From: Amoebophrya sp. A120 | Taxonomy: Eukaryota; Protista; Dinoflagellata | Direction of reading: 5' to 3' | Assembly: GCA_905178155.1 (NCBI GenBank) | Contig: CAJINV010000002.1 | Span: 11,596,591 to 11,660,590 of the forward strand | Length of the DNA: 64,000 nucleotides | Shown here: positions 11,952 through 24,898 of the stretch, piece by piece | Layout of the letters: each line of letters starts with the position of its first letter | How positions within the stretch are numbered: position 1 is the first letter of the stretch | Position numbers and translations under genes: made by a program | The notes under the pieces: model-generated | Told to the model about the DNA's origin: nothing | Seen by the model: the letters and a program-made list of their open reading frames with translations, nothing else | Databases searched by the model: none

Positions 11952-13259
11952 TCACCGATAGCAGTAGAGAAGTGGTCCCGCGGCCGTTGCGCCCAGGGCA
12001 GCGCCCACTGCGGCGCCGCGGCTGAGGGTGGAGCCCATCCGCTCCCACTCCCGCTGCCTGTGACAGTTCTCCGCTTGCTCCCGTGGCGGGCCACCTCCAT
12101 CTTCGAGCCAGGCCCCCATTTCTACCAGCCGTTTCGCCCGCTCACGATTCGCGGACCCGGACGGCTGCGCGTTCGCCAAGGCCTGCTCTTGGCGCCGGAG
12201 GCGCCCGAAGAAATCCTCCGGCCGCGAAAAGTCCCCGAGGTGCTCCCCCGGCCGCGAAAAGTCTGGCGTAAAGGGTCCGGTCGTAAGCGCGCGCCCCAGG
12301 TGGTCGAAGTAGGCAACGCCACTCGCGTCAGGACAGCGCTGCAACGGCCCCCCGTCTTTCGCGTAGTACTTCGCGACCTCCTCCGACTCCAGCGGTAACT
12401 CCACCCAACTCCCTGCCGACAAGTCTTGCGATACTAGCAGCTCCACCGCACGACGGTCGTCTTGGTTGTATGCATCGCGCTCCCAGCCGCACGCGTAGTG
12501 CAGTAACCCGTTTGCGAGTCCCCCGATGGCTGCTCCGCTCGCCACGCAGCACGCCGCCGTGGGCACCAACTCTTTCGCGGCATTGGACACGCGCCGCAGC
12601 ACCTTTGGCACCCGCTGGAGCTTCCGGCGCGCGCGGCGCAGGTTCTCAGGATTCAATCCGAAGTTCCGACGACGAGCTGCGTCGCGGGCCTTGGTTTGGG
12701 CCTTGGCGCGCCCCGCTTGCTCTGGCGGAGTGCTTCCAAGCTCGAAAAAGTCCTCCCCCGGGGCGGAAGTGAACACATCGTCTGTCGCTCTCCCTTTTTT
12801 CCACAGAGATCGCGACGGCCGCGAGGACGACTTCTTATCTCCCACAGCACTCCCCGCGGAAGGCTTCCGGCTTAGCCGGCGCAGCTTCCGCACCTCCTCT
12901 TGGCACACTGGACAAGTGTTCCCTAAGCGGAACCATTCCAGGGCGCAAGCTTCGCACATTGCATCGTGCATGCACGGGTGGCAACGGACGTTCACGGGCA
13001 TGCCGCCCCAACACACGACGCATCCGCAGTTTTCAACCGTGTACGGCTCGGATGCACCTGGTGCATCAACTCCATCTTCATGTTGGTCTCGTGCCTCACC
13101 AGCCTGCGACGGTGGCTGCTGCAAGTTCCGCCTTCCGATCGGTGTCGGCTCCAGGTCAACATCGGCTGCGTCTGCACGGCGGCGGGAGGGGGAGGTGACG
13201 CAGTCGATGACCCGCAGCTGGGTCGCGCCGACGGCGAGTAGGACGATAAAACTCTTCAT
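11952..13259 (-). CDS. RING-HC (C3HC4) zinc-finger protein with signal-peptide-like N-terminus
   Basis: CVVC...CHPCMHDAMCEAC...CPVC. MKSFIVLLAVGATQ from ATG 13259; alternative upstream ATG at 13319. Intronless. Confidence 0.8.
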   Translation of the reverse strand: MKSFIVLLAVGATQLRVIDCVTSPSRRRADAADVDLEPTPIGRRNLQQPPSQAGEARDQHEDGVDAPGASEPYTVENCGCVVCWGGMPVNVRCHPCMHDAMCEACALEWFRLGNTCPVCQEEVRKLRRLSRKPSAGSAVGDKKSSSRPSRSLWKKGRATDDVFTSAPGEDFFELGSTPPEQAGRAKAQTKARDAARRRNFGLNPENLRRARRKLQRVPKVLRRVSNAAKELVPTAACCVASGAAIGGLANGLLHYACGWERDAYNQDDRRAVELLVSQDLSAGSWVELPLESEEVAKYYAKDGGPLQRCPDASGVAYFDHLGRALTTGPFTPDFSRPGEHLGDFSRPEDFFGRLRRQEQALANAQPSGSANRERAKRLVEMGAWLEDGGGPPREQAENCHRQREWERMGSTLSRGAAVGAALGATAAGPLLYCYR

Positions 13260-14065
13260 CTGAGCCAAAGGGACCAAGCGCGAGGACGCGCTGCTTTTCA
13301 CATGGGAGCGGGACGCCATCCTTTTCCTTTGCAATAAATATGGATCGTGGAAGATCTGAATTAACGATCAGACCCAGACGAAAGTGAGTACTCACAAAAA
13401 AATGCGATAAAGTATGCTTGCTGGCTTGTGGGGCCGGGCAATTAGTGAATTTCCGTAAGTACCGGCGCAAGAGTAACAAGCTTCGGTACAAAAAATAAAC
13501 GTTGTCGGTTGCAACAGCAAATTAATAGTAGAAGTCAATGCCCAAAAATAGAGTACTTATGTATGAGTACGAGTTGATATGCTTGCGAGATCTATCTCCT
13601 ATCGAGTCTCAAGGTCCGTGTCCGACCAGAGTGTTTTAACTGTTGTCGTGGTCGTTGAAGCGTTTACATACCTCCTACTACATTTTTTCGTTTTCATTGA
13701 TTTCCGGATCAATGAAGAAACCATACTCGAGCCCAACGGCCCTCACTTTCCCTTAGCGGCGGCTTCGACGAGGACGAATGATCCACGTCTAGTACACCGA
13801 CATGGTCGACGATCCTCTCTTTTATTGGTAAGAATCTTTATTTCGAGCATCGGCGATCATCAGGTATTTCGGATCAAAAACGATTTTTCTTCCACTATGG
13901 TCCATCTGCACCACAGACGCAAGGGGTCACTCGAGCTCCCATTTACTGATACCGAAAAAGGTAGCACAGACTCAACATACAGGGCTTCGACTGCTCGACT
14001 ACAGATGCTAGAGTTAGTCCACATGAATCACTTCATTGTGATTCATTGAGTGAATGGCCTTCATT

Positions 14066-14169
14066 GCTGACGACGTCACTTTCTCAACGACAACGATCCC
14101 GACGAGTTCTACGAAAGTCACGGCATCAACTTCTTCCCTCTAGCTATTTCACAATGACGAATTTCACAA
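14066..14169. repeat. Dispersed ~105-bp repeat, copy 2
   Basis: Near-identical to 10590-10700, same orientation. Confidence 0.9.
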
Positions 14170-14604
14170 TTAACATAAACATGATGTAACCAGAAAGTGT
14201 GTCGAGCCAGAGGTTGCTCCACCTGTGCAGAAGTAGGGCACAGCCAACGACTGTACTGAGTCTCGAGCCAGCAAATCTGTTGCATCTTACAGTGACTGGA
14301 AAAGCCATCCCAGTCAGAATGGACGTACATGTTTGTAGTTGTTCATTGGTACATGTAAAAAGGCAGTGTTAATGCGAAAACAACGAAAAGGAAAACGTAA
14401 GGAAAAATGCTGTAGTAATAAATCAAAAATTCGTCAGAGTCATTTTATGAGAATCATTTACACATTCTGTACGTGGAACTGCTTGTATTTGTTTTGTTGA
14501 ACCAATTCTCGATCTTTTGGGCAGCGCGGCGCTGTACTAGAGTTGTTCTTTTGGACCAGCACGACACGTTTCGATCCGCGTCTGCGGGCCCGAACGGGTC
14601 CTAG

Positions 14605-16972
14605 TTAGACAGGAGGTACTCCACGTCTGTTTGAAACTGTTTTAGTGTGAGATCTAATTCGCTCACCAGTGTACGGAAGTTTGCACGTGGCGATTTTTCC
14701 GGCGAGTAGAAGCGTTCTTGATGTGGCCGTTCCTCCGGTGACGCTGCCGCGGCGCTTGATTTTTTCCCTGGCGACGCGCTTTTCGGAGAAGGCAGGGGGG
14801 GTGGTGCCTGGTCTGCAATAGCCCTTCGCGGGGACGCCCACTGATCCTCACCTTGAATTTCGCGTTTATTGTCATGAACTTTACATTCACCAACAGAAAG
14901 CTAGGCAGTAGCTTCTATGTTTGTCGTTTCATGCGTACCAAAAAACTCTCAATCTACCTGTCCCCGCCCGTACAGCCCGGTGCGCACGTTTGAGCAACTG
15001 CTTCATGCAGACGCAGTGCGCGCACGAGAGTTCCACGAGCTGTTTCCGAAGCTTATACTGACGCTCCTGCTCAATTTTTCGCTCTTCCAAGAAGCGCACT
15101 AGGGCGGCGCCGTTAAAGGGCGACGCCGGTTCCGCGGCATCGACCTGCTCCCCCGTCGGGTCCGCTTCCGTGCGAAGATTGATCATTCTACCGTCGACAA
15201 TCCTCCCCCGATAGATGCGCTCGACACTCTGCTGCAGACTCTCCGACTCCATCCGCTTCGCTTTCTCTTGGAACAGTTTGTCGTCAAACCGCCCCTTGCA
15301 AACCTGCAGCAATTCCAACACTTTTGCCACGGAGTCTGCGCTTTCTAGCTGCTGCTCGAACCGTGCAGCCCGCTTTGAGGACGTCGCGGAAATTTTCGGT
15401 TGTCCCACCGCAGCTCCAGCAATTTCAGCGCTGCCGCTGTCTCCGTCGGCGGTATTCGCTGCGCCGGTGCCATGTTGAGCGCTCAAACTGGTTCCGCCTT
15501 CGCTTGTGGGAGAGTGGACAGTCGGGAGAAAAATTTGCAGCACGCCGTGCTTCAGCAATTGCAGCTGCTCTTTCTCAATGTCTTCTGCAGCCGCCTGGCG
15601 GTCGTTCCCTGTGGTGAAGATGTTTTGAATGAAAGGACCTGCTCCTGTGCAACGCTGTCACATAACTTTTTGGTTCAGGTACTAACATCATCATGCATGG
15701 CTTTTTGCTTCCACGACGCGCCCCGCAATCCAGAGCCAGATATTCTACTTCGTTCGTCAGAAATAAATCAAGAAATCATCATGTCGGCGCAGCATCATCA
15801 GTACCAATTTTCCTCTCTTCCAGCAATGACGCGTGGTCCTGCTGTAGGGTGCACAAATCTGTGCGCAGGTGGGCGATCTCTTCCTCCAGCTGTTCCACTT
15901 GCTTGTCTGCCTCGACTTTGGCGACCGCCTTCGTGCGGGCCAATTCGTCTAAACTACGTTCACTCCGGTCTAGCTTTTTTTCTAACTCTGCAACGTGCAA
16001 GCTCGATTTTTGCAACGAATCCTCCAACACAGCACGCTCAGCCACATCCCGTTCCGCGCTGCTTAACAGAACTTCCAGCTGCTTTTCCAAGCTCGCGATC
16101 TCCGTTTTTTTCTGCGCCAGCAGGCTAAAAGAACCGTTGCTGAGATGGAGAAAAGGGTCTTCTTCCTCGACTACTGCCCGATCATCATAATCGGACAGAA
16201 TACTGGAAGCATTGATCATAGACGTGCTCGAACTAGCCGGCTGCGAACAAAATTTCCTTTTGCCTCCGCCGCTGATCGCACGCGTGGAAACGGAAGCACG
16301 GTACGCTATCGGGTCGGTGTTGTTGTGGCTCCGCGTGCTGCTGCCCTTTTTCAGTGCGAGCCGTGCTGGTGGTCCGCCCGCAACGGGGGTTCGTGAGGAC
16401 CCGACTGAAGATGAAGACTGGGTGGCGTGGTAACTATCCGCACCAGCAGTGGTACCACTCTCGCGCGGTGGTGGCCTCGTCGGGACACTCCTAGAGCAGG
16501 AGGACGAACTGCTACTGCCGTGTGCGGTCGTGGTGCTGCGGGTCTTGGGTTGAAAGGGCTTCTTCATGACTTTCAGCACCGGTGGGGCCTGGTTCGCCAT
16601 TCCTCCGGCGCCAGAAGTCTTCGCGGCCCGAGAGCATGAGGTTGACGAGGCGGATGAGGCCGAGGAGGAGGAACTACCTGGGCGAAAAAAACTGTGTTGG
16701 TCCCAGGTTGAGGTATTGTGCGTAGAGCAGCCGGAGCTCGTAGTGGTACCCAGGGCCTTTTGTCTGCCAGCGTGCAGAAAAACCGGCGGCGGTTTCTTCG
16801 GTGATTCCTGCAGGTGAACGCTCAGCTCCGACTCGAACTGCACAAAACTATACTCGCTGCCAGGCTTCGCGATCCGCACAGGCTCATCTCCGTTCTGCGA
16901 GCGCACACTGCTTAGCAGGTGCCCAGCCAGCTGTTGCCGACCCTCGCGCGTACGGGTAAGAGTGCCCATCAA
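14605..16972 (-). CDS. Hypothetical Ser-rich and coiled-coil protein, multi-exon; both ends uncertain
   Basis: ORFs 15779-16972 and 14929-15558 can be joined in frame through a GT-AG intron at about 15639-15804. Heptad-rich segment IASLEKQLEVLL...LEEEIAHL. Confidence 0.55.
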
Positions 16973-17868
16973 ATCGAGGTGAAAGTGTGCTTGTTTAGGT
17001 ACTAGTTCTTTCTTTCTTGTTTTTTCACTCTGCTGCTGCTAGAGGTGGACACATCATGGGTAAATTCATCTTTATTGCCGGTACTATTGTTGACAACGCC
17101 CAAAATGGATGCTCCACGCTAATATTCAATGAATGAAGCCGCAGCGAAATCGAAGGCGTGTTCAACAGCTAAGGAACAAAGCCAGTCAAGAACTACCGAA
17201 CACGAGGCAGAGACGAAGCTTACTCTCCTGGAGGATTATTCAGCCAGTAGCAGACGCCGACGACAGCCTCCAAGACAAAGACGAAGCTCGCTGAAGAGAA
17301 GTGCAGCGAGTCAACACTCGGACTCTCCTAGAAATCGCAGCAGCTCGAAGTAGATAAACTCACTCGGTCAAGCTGTTGGGAACCTTATCGTCCGGCGCGA
17401 TCCCGGGAGTTATTTGATCACGCCTCGCTGGATGTGCACTCCTGCTGCTTGTAGGACAAAGATGAGGGGAAAAGTATCTTTTGCTTTGACTTGCTCTTCC
17501 ATTCTCTTTCATCTGTCGGCATTTTACAACAGCGTACATTCCAATAAGGCGAATTTCGGAAAGAGCGGCCACATTATTCGCCTTGCACAAATGCATTGAT
17601 GTACTGCTTTCTTTCATCCTTGTAGTGTTTGAAGCTACAACATTCATACAGGTGAGACAGAGAGCTACTGCTAATGGACTGCAATTTTTACATTCTATCA
17701 AAATCAACAGTGAAGAGGCCGGTGTGTTACGCAAATGGAAAATTGTGCAATGAGTTCGTCCACTGAATTCTATCGAGGAAGACGTTTTCTTTGTTCATGT
17801 CTACAGTTGCAAATGGTGGATTCATAGCACCAAGTCGGGCCTGACTGTCATCAAAAGTATTTGTTCCC

Positions 17869-20800
17869 TCAAGCTGCCTGCTGCCTTTGTCGCAGCAACC
17901 GTGGCGCATCGACGCGATACTCCGAGCTATCGTCCACGTTCGACCCCGGATCCAAACAGTCAGCGTACAGCCATCGTGGGATCTCACAGGTTCTCCCGTC
18001 CTCCTTTTCGTCGGGCACGTCATCGTTGAACATCTGGTCCACAATCTGCGACCGGGTGTAGCTGTCCACCTCGTTCCTTCGCACCCGGAAGGAGGGAATT
18101 TTGGCCATCCAGTGCCGAATTCCGCCCGTGGACTGTTGCTGTTCGCTCTCGCGCATTCTCTGCGCGTACGCCTCCGCCTGCGTCTGTGCGGGAGTAGTCG
18201 ACCCAGAGGACTGCGCGAACGACAGATCCCAGACCGTTGCGGGGGTAATCGTTCCGTCCTCGTAGGCGAGTGCACTATCATTTGGATTTTGTTGAGTAGT
18301 GACTCCGCCCGCAACAACTACAATTTCCTGGGGAGCTACTTCACCGGTCATCACGCGTGCGTTGTTGCGTCTAGCGCGACCAGACGAAGTTTCCGAGGAA
18401 CTGGAGGAAGTCGCCGAGAAAACTTCTTGCTGTTGCTGTGCTGTCGTGCTGCTGGGAAACAAGGTCTGCTGAGCACCTCCGTAGTTGTTATTCGCGCGTG
18501 CCTGTTTTGGATTTCCGTCGTATCCTGATTAAAAATGTCCCCACACCATGGTCAAGATGGGGAATTTTTTTTTTTTGCCCGGCCCCCAATTTTCAATTGT
18601 ATTGTATTGTATGTGATTGTGTGACGGCGGGAACGGCACCCGCCCGTTGTGCTTAAAAATGCGCTCCCACGCGCGAATCTTTTTCATCTTTTGCATTACA
18701 CATGCACAAACATTTTCAACCCCCTAAACCAACAGCATTACTCATCTTCTGCTGCCCGCACGCAACAGAACTACTCCTGAAGCGCGGGAACAACCCGGAG
18801 GTTGTTTTGCATCACAAGTTCTGCAGCAGGGTGCATGCAGCAGTGGGAGATACAAAATTAAATATTCAAAACCCTAAACCCGCACAACGCACTCGATCCT
18901 AGTTAACGTCCAGAGCCGTAAGCCGCGGCAGACGTCCACCAGGGGAGGTAGAGGGAGGTCAGATCACAGTCTCCGTAGGGCGATAAGTGCAGTAAGCCGC
19001 TGCACTGAAAGATAGTAAAGATAGGGAGAGACCACTGTATAAAGAGATAGTTGCGCCTAGTGCGCGCTATTCGGGTCGAAACCCGAAATATATGGTCGAG
19101 CTGGATCACAGATACTAGCCATAGGGCGCAGCCGACCCGAATCGCATTAATAGAGGCTGCGCGACCTGACGAAGAACATCATATGACCCAAGCCGAGGGA
19201 CGTCAGTGAAAAATACTCCGGACGCGTGTGCAGCCTCGGCCGATGCAAAACGGGCGACCGCTGTAAAATTTGCAATCTACTGTAGAATTATTTCTAAGTG
19301 GTCTCTTTAGGGATGGGGGCCGTTGAACCCACGACGAGGGGGGGCGGGGACCGTTGAACCCAGAGTGCTTTCTTATCTTCCCCGCGACAAAATCCGCTGG
19401 CAAGGCGGAAAAAAAGACAGCTGCCCCTGCAAGAACGCGGGATGCGCGGGCTAGCGCTAAGAAGGCAAGTCAGGCAAAACAACAAAACTAAACGACAGAA
19501 GATATAAAAGGGTAGAGATCTAAATCTACGTGGGAAAACGGGGGCAGATGGGAAGATCGAATTTTATAAAGCAGGAGGAGCGCACGAATTTACGATCAAG
19601 CTCCTGGAGACAACGAACGAAGAGCGACACACGTGCACGAACCGACGCTGCGCAGTAAGCCGCTGCGCATATAAATTTTTCATCATTCAGTTATTCTAGG
19701 AGGCCGGTGTGCGTTACTTAACATGTGATGCAGTTCTACGAATTCACCTGCCTGCCGCAGCAGGTCAAACAGGGCCGACACCTTTCACACAGTTAAGCAG
19801 TGCGCGTGTATGCGTGCATTTTTGTTTTTTGCTCTTACTATCGACGCCCGGTCTTGCAGGGCTCTCGCCCTGTCGTTCAATTCAATTCAATTCATGGAGC
19901 GGCCCCGTGCTGGAACACTTCTGATGGTGGACGTGAGCGCGAGATTTGCGGCTTCGCGCCGCGGCGACTAAATGGGGGTCTCGCCCCCCACCCTCCGCTT
20001 TCAAGAATCCCGTTTGTGCGTGCATGCTGCAAAACTACCACAACGTGGCCAAAATGAGTGCAAGCTCTCATGCACCATACACAAAAAGAACAAATGAAAA
20101 TCATCAGGAGGAGATTGTAGACCGCAATTTATGACGCCAGTGGCAGCTAAAACCCGAACGGCGGGGGGGTATCTACCGCGCCGAGCGCGCGGATTCGTTT
20201 TTTCGTGTCGAGCCGGTAGCAGCGGCACACGCCACATGGTTCCATCTCGCAGCCTCCGGAACAATGTGGAATGGGGATAGCAGTGCGGGGGGATACTATC
20301 TACTGCGGCTTCGCAGGGCCGGATTTTGTCATGCAAGTTTTTTGTCGTGCAAGTTCTTCGATAGTGCCAATTTTCTAGAGCTAACAAGTCACCGCGTCAA
20401 GTCCTAAGCGTCACCCGCAAGCCATTTAGAAACTGCGCGACCTGAATTTTTTTTCTATCTACTGACCCGGTAGCAGCGGGCGAATTCGTGCAACTAGGAA
20501 ACTACACCGGTCACATGAAGCAGTTAAAGCAGATAGCAAGCAGGGCGCTTCTAGTAAAACCAATAAAAGTTGTCATGCAAAGCCGGAATACAGCATGCAT
20601 ACAAGCTTTCATGCGAACCTAACACCCCCCCAAGCAACAACCCGCTGGCTAGGCGGAAAAAAAAGAGAAGCCCCTGCGAGGACGCGGGGTCCGCGGAACG
20701 ACTAGCGCTACAAGACGTGGATCAAGTAAGATTTTCATCATTCAGCTATTCTAGTCGGGGCGGTGGGCGTTTCCAAAAATGTGAAGAACCCCGCCCACCC

Positions 20801-22304
20801 TCCATGTTATTCACATATAAGGAATTGCGCAGGTATACGGCGTTTTTTTTTCCCGATATCTTACTTTTCCGCTCTTGTCCCCTGCTCCAGCCTGCTGATT
20901 CTCGCTCCACTTTCGTACTGCGCCCCTTGTTCTCGTTTCGCCTCCGTTTTCCCCCTCCTCCCCCGCGTGCGTATGCCCAGCGGCCTAGTATTCCTCATTC
21001 TGTGGCCCCAACGACACGCGCAGATCTTGCAACCCCCCGCCGGCTTCGTGTGGTTCCGTCGCGCTCGGTGTCGTTTTCAATGTTTCCGACTCCGCGTGCC
21101 ATTCTCCATCATGATTATGAATTCTAATACTTGTGCAATGAAGTGACGCGAAACTAATCCAAAGATAATGACAAAGAGAAAGCGTGAAGAAAGGCCAAAA
21201 AAATAAAAAATGTTTGAAGCAAGATAAGTATAGGAACGCACTACCATCATATTTGCATTTCTAACCCCCGGCGTTGCCCCACGTCCCACAGCCAGCCGCT
21301 GCTGGAAAAAAAAGAAAACTCCCTGGCGTGTTTTATTTATAGGCGCAGCGGGTGGGGGGGACCACATTGGCCCCCCCCGCACGCTGCTAGTGTGTTGAAG
21401 TATCTGCTTCGTCGCTTTACATGAGCCTAAGTGAATACGTTTTGTTTTACGAAATGCTTTTCCTTACGAAGTGCTTTTCCTTACGAAGTGCTTAAGGAGT
21501 CAAGATGGGGAATCGGCTAGACAAATCCACAAGTTTTGGTTGCTTTGCATCACAAATTTGGACTCGTAGTGTAGTGCTGTTTGAGCTAGCTCAGCAGCAT
21601 CACAGACCTAGCACACCATGCTGATTGGAGCATGACAAATTGGAAAACACGACTAGAAACTGCTTCTCATGGGGCTCCGCATGAGAAACATTTTCAGCAT
21701 GCAGATTTGCATTACAACTATGGGGTGGGGACGTTTTTAAATAGGATACGTCGAAATTGATCGTCTCTTCCAGCCGCAGCTGCGGCAAGGGAGTATCAAA
21801 TGTAAAAATGTCTGGGTCTGGAAGGTTGGAACTTGTCATGCTAACTCTAAATGATGCAAATATCTGTGTTGCGTGAGTGCCAAAAGCTGTCCGCTTTTGA
21901 CCAAGTTGAGAGGGAGTTTCTCATGCAGGAAAGGCATGATAGAGACCTCAAAGAATCTGTCATGCTGGGCCTCGCATTCCAGACCTCGTGGGTCATGGAA
22001 AACATGCATCACAAACCTGGCATTCTTCCAGACCCAGACATTTTTGCATTTGATAGGGAGAGCAAACCAGCAACTCGGGTGCAGTTGGCGGCGGAAGACT
22101 CACTGGGTAACTTCTTGTTTCATGATCCTGGGAGGTGCCGGAAAAGTACTCACTGCCCATGTTCCGCCGACGGAGCGGGCTGGGGACCTCACTAGCGGGA
22201 GGGAGCACGGACTGGACGCTGTTGCGCGACAGGTTTCCGATCGCCTGGTCGGGAGTCAGGCATCGGTCGAGCAGGCTGGACACCGGGGAAGCAACGGGTG
22301 GCAA
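17869..22304 (-). CDS. Hypothetical protein interrupted by two TIR elements; 5' end unresolved
   Basis: Removing 21794-22055 and 18521-21748, each with one 5-bp repeat, gives continuous ...ELLVCSP-LPQLRLEETINFD-GNPKQARANNNYGGAQQTLFPSSTT..., in frame with ORF 17869-18462. Confidence 0.65.
18521..21748. mobile_element. Family B TIR introner-like element expanded to 3228 bp by a nested insertion; TSD CGTCG
   Basis: Left end TATCCTGATTAAAAATGTCCCCACACC at 18521. The remainder at 21499-21748 differs from 37386-37635 at only about 6 positions. CGTCG at 18516-18520 and 21749-21753. Confidence 0.9.
18566..21498 (-). mobile_element. ~2.9-kb non-coding retroposon-like insertion with poly(A) tail and 15-bp TSD
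   Basis: GTCAAGATGGGGAAT at 18551-18565 and 21499-21513, single in the intact element at 37356. T12 tract at the left edge. 17-bp tandem repeat at the other edge (21447-21493). No convincing ORF. Confidence 0.8.
21794..22055. mobile_element. Family A TIR introner-like element, 262 bp; TSD GGGAG
   Basis: 31-bp TIR TATCAAATGTAAAAATGTCTGGGTCTGGAAG. GGGAG at 21789-21793 and 22056-22060. Confidence 0.93.
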
Positions 22305-24898
22305 CCTGATGACCGAGGTTTGAAGGATCTTTCAAAGGGTCCGTCTTCCAACCGCACTGAGAGAAGTTCCTTGCATGTTATAGGGACGAGCCAAAGCACG
22401 GTAGTACATCTACGAAAAAAAGAGCTCTGGTGAGCGTGTAACTATTCTAGAAGCAAGTAAGTACTTGCATATACCTTTCGTCGTCTCTGTCATCGGAAAC
22501 GCTATGTCCCGCCGTTGAGTAGGCCCGCTGCCGCGGCCGAACAACATGCACCTCCGTTGCCGTCTCCGTGGCGGTTGGCTGCGAACAAAGACCTGTGACG
22601 TCCAGGGAATGACTGCTCTCGTAGTACGTCCGCAAGGGCGGAGCTGTCTGGACCTGGTGAGCGTGATTCGTGCCTGTGGTCTCACAGAAGCCGGTAAGGA
22701 GGGAAGGCGCTGTAGTTTGGAGATCGGAATGAAACAGTTTCACATATAGAACTTGTCATGATAGAGCTAGAACAGAGAACTAATTCGCCCGCAGCTCCGA
22801 TAGATTATCAAACGATTTTCATCATTCATTGTGGCGCACTCGTTTTTTCTGGCTATTGGAGACACCTGCAGCTTGTTCACAGCTTTCTTCCACCAACGCT
22901 GGTATACCTCTCGAAGCTTGAAGGTTTTGCTGCTGCAGGCGTGGGGTGACAATCCGTTCCTGCGCCTCACGTTCGTGCTGCAGAAGGTCGCGTAGAGAGA
23001 AAATCGACATCTTTACGATTACGTTTCAGTCTATGCATGAACATCCATAGCAATACCCAAAGCCGAACCCAGCTAAGATTTGTCTTTGTGGGATAAAAAA
23101 ATAAAAACTGTACGGAAAGCGACGAGACTTCGTCATTTCTTTTTCACCCATCGGCGACCAAACGTTTCAAATAATATGGCACAAGAGCGAAAGATACCAC
23201 ATGGCAACTACTCGGATCCTCATTTTCGCACGTTTCCTTGCGTATCAACTCTTCGTCGCTTTGCAACATATCTCTACCGCACTGCAGATACTCACACGAC
23301 CGCTCGAAACGCTCATACGATGGCGCTATCCCACGCGACAGTCAACGGGGAAAGGGAAAGCAGATAGAGTATATCACTCTGGAAACAAGAAGAGCCTGGC
23401 GGGTCTCAATAGCGACGCCCCCCTGCTCTCTCGGGGAGGCGCCACCACGGAGTGCGCCTACGCGTCCAGTTGCTTGATGAATGTGCTCGCCGTATATGCG
23501 TAGCAGTCGTTTGGTTTTTCACTATACTTGGTTTCAATCGTAGTCGTTCCTTGTTTCAACACCGGTAACGTCACTTTCAAATCGAATCATCTCGTTGTCT
23601 ACATTCGCACGACACCCGCACCATTCTGCTAGAAACGCTCGATCATTCCTGTTAAGTCGCCAACAACCTGCATCGCCGCGCAAAGCCCCGCAAATCCAAA
23701 AAGCATTTGCACTTTCCAGATCCTGTTTTATCATTTTTTGCAAACATTTCATGTCGAGCCACCATGCTCATTTGTACGCTAAACTAGAAAAGATCGCACC
23801 TGTCATATGCCTCGCGCTCGCCCTCTGTATATATGTACAAACTTGTGGCTCCATATACTAGCACTACGGTTCTCCAACAACAGAAAGTACAGCTCCAGGG
23901 TTGCTTTTGATGGCGGTTCGGTTCCTTTTGGCGGTTCGGCTGGAGCTGCCTCTTTTTTCATGTTCCACATGGCTTGTGTGTTTCTTTACCGCAAAGAACG
24001 GTAAAACGGGCGATTTATCTTGCAACTTCCTCAAAACTAGCGTACACACACACTCTTCAAGACAGTCACAGGATATGGATAGAACTTGGATGCTATTGGA
24101 AAAACGCAATAAATTCGATCACAAAGCATAAATATCAAACTTCACAACTCTTCTTCGCACAAAAAAAAATCACAGACCGTGCCGAGAATGGACCATCAAG
24201 AGACCTGCTTCATCATCATCGGGATCGACGTTTTTTCAGTGGATTCAAAACAAAACAAAAACTCCAGTGCGTCGTGACGCCCGCTGCCAATGATCTTACT
24301 TGCTGCCATCCAGCAAGAGGAGGATGCCTGTAAGCTTTAGAAAATACGGAGATCGATCTCAGTCCGCCGCCGCGACAACACAACGCAACGGCCTTGAAGA
24401 TTTTCCATGCAAAAATGAATCTCGATCTATCTCCGGTGCATTGATGAAACTAGTCGTGCTGCAGATATCAACAAGTGGGAGAACACCACAGTGCTTTCAC
24501 GGCGCAGCCATATCGCAGAAAGAGCGCGCGGTGCGGAGCAAGTTACTAAATAACTGGTTGTTTATTCAAGAGGTTTAAGTAGCAAGTTCAAAAATGAAAA
24601 TCTCGTTTCAAAGAAATGTACAGCTGTATCCTAATTTCATCGGGTTTCGTCTTTCACTCACGCACTCTCGCGATGGTGTGCAACGAAGTTCCATTTCCAT
24701 TCTGTAGGTTGTTATTATCCGTCTATCATTTTGCGCTTCTTGCAAATCAATGCAAGTCAAACAATTTCATAAAACGATTCGCATAAATTACTAATGTCAC
24801 TCTGTTCAAAATTCGAATCCCGCAAGCAGATTTGTCAGGAAAACAACTATCAATCCGCGAATTATAGATCTAGCGTCTCGATAATTTGTGTAAATTTA

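Noticed and set aside
19160-19215. Hammerhead ribozyme core (CTGACGA...GAAA)
   Set aside because: I could not form the required stems by eye. An Infernal search would settle it.
18566-21498. Autonomous transposase-encoding master copy of family B
   Set aside because: No long ORF or DDE motif. The extra DNA has its own 15-bp TSD and poly(A), so it is a secondary insertion.
22400-24600. Short ORFs that could be extra exons or small genes
   Set aside because: No recognisable homology, and I could not build a consistent spliced frame.
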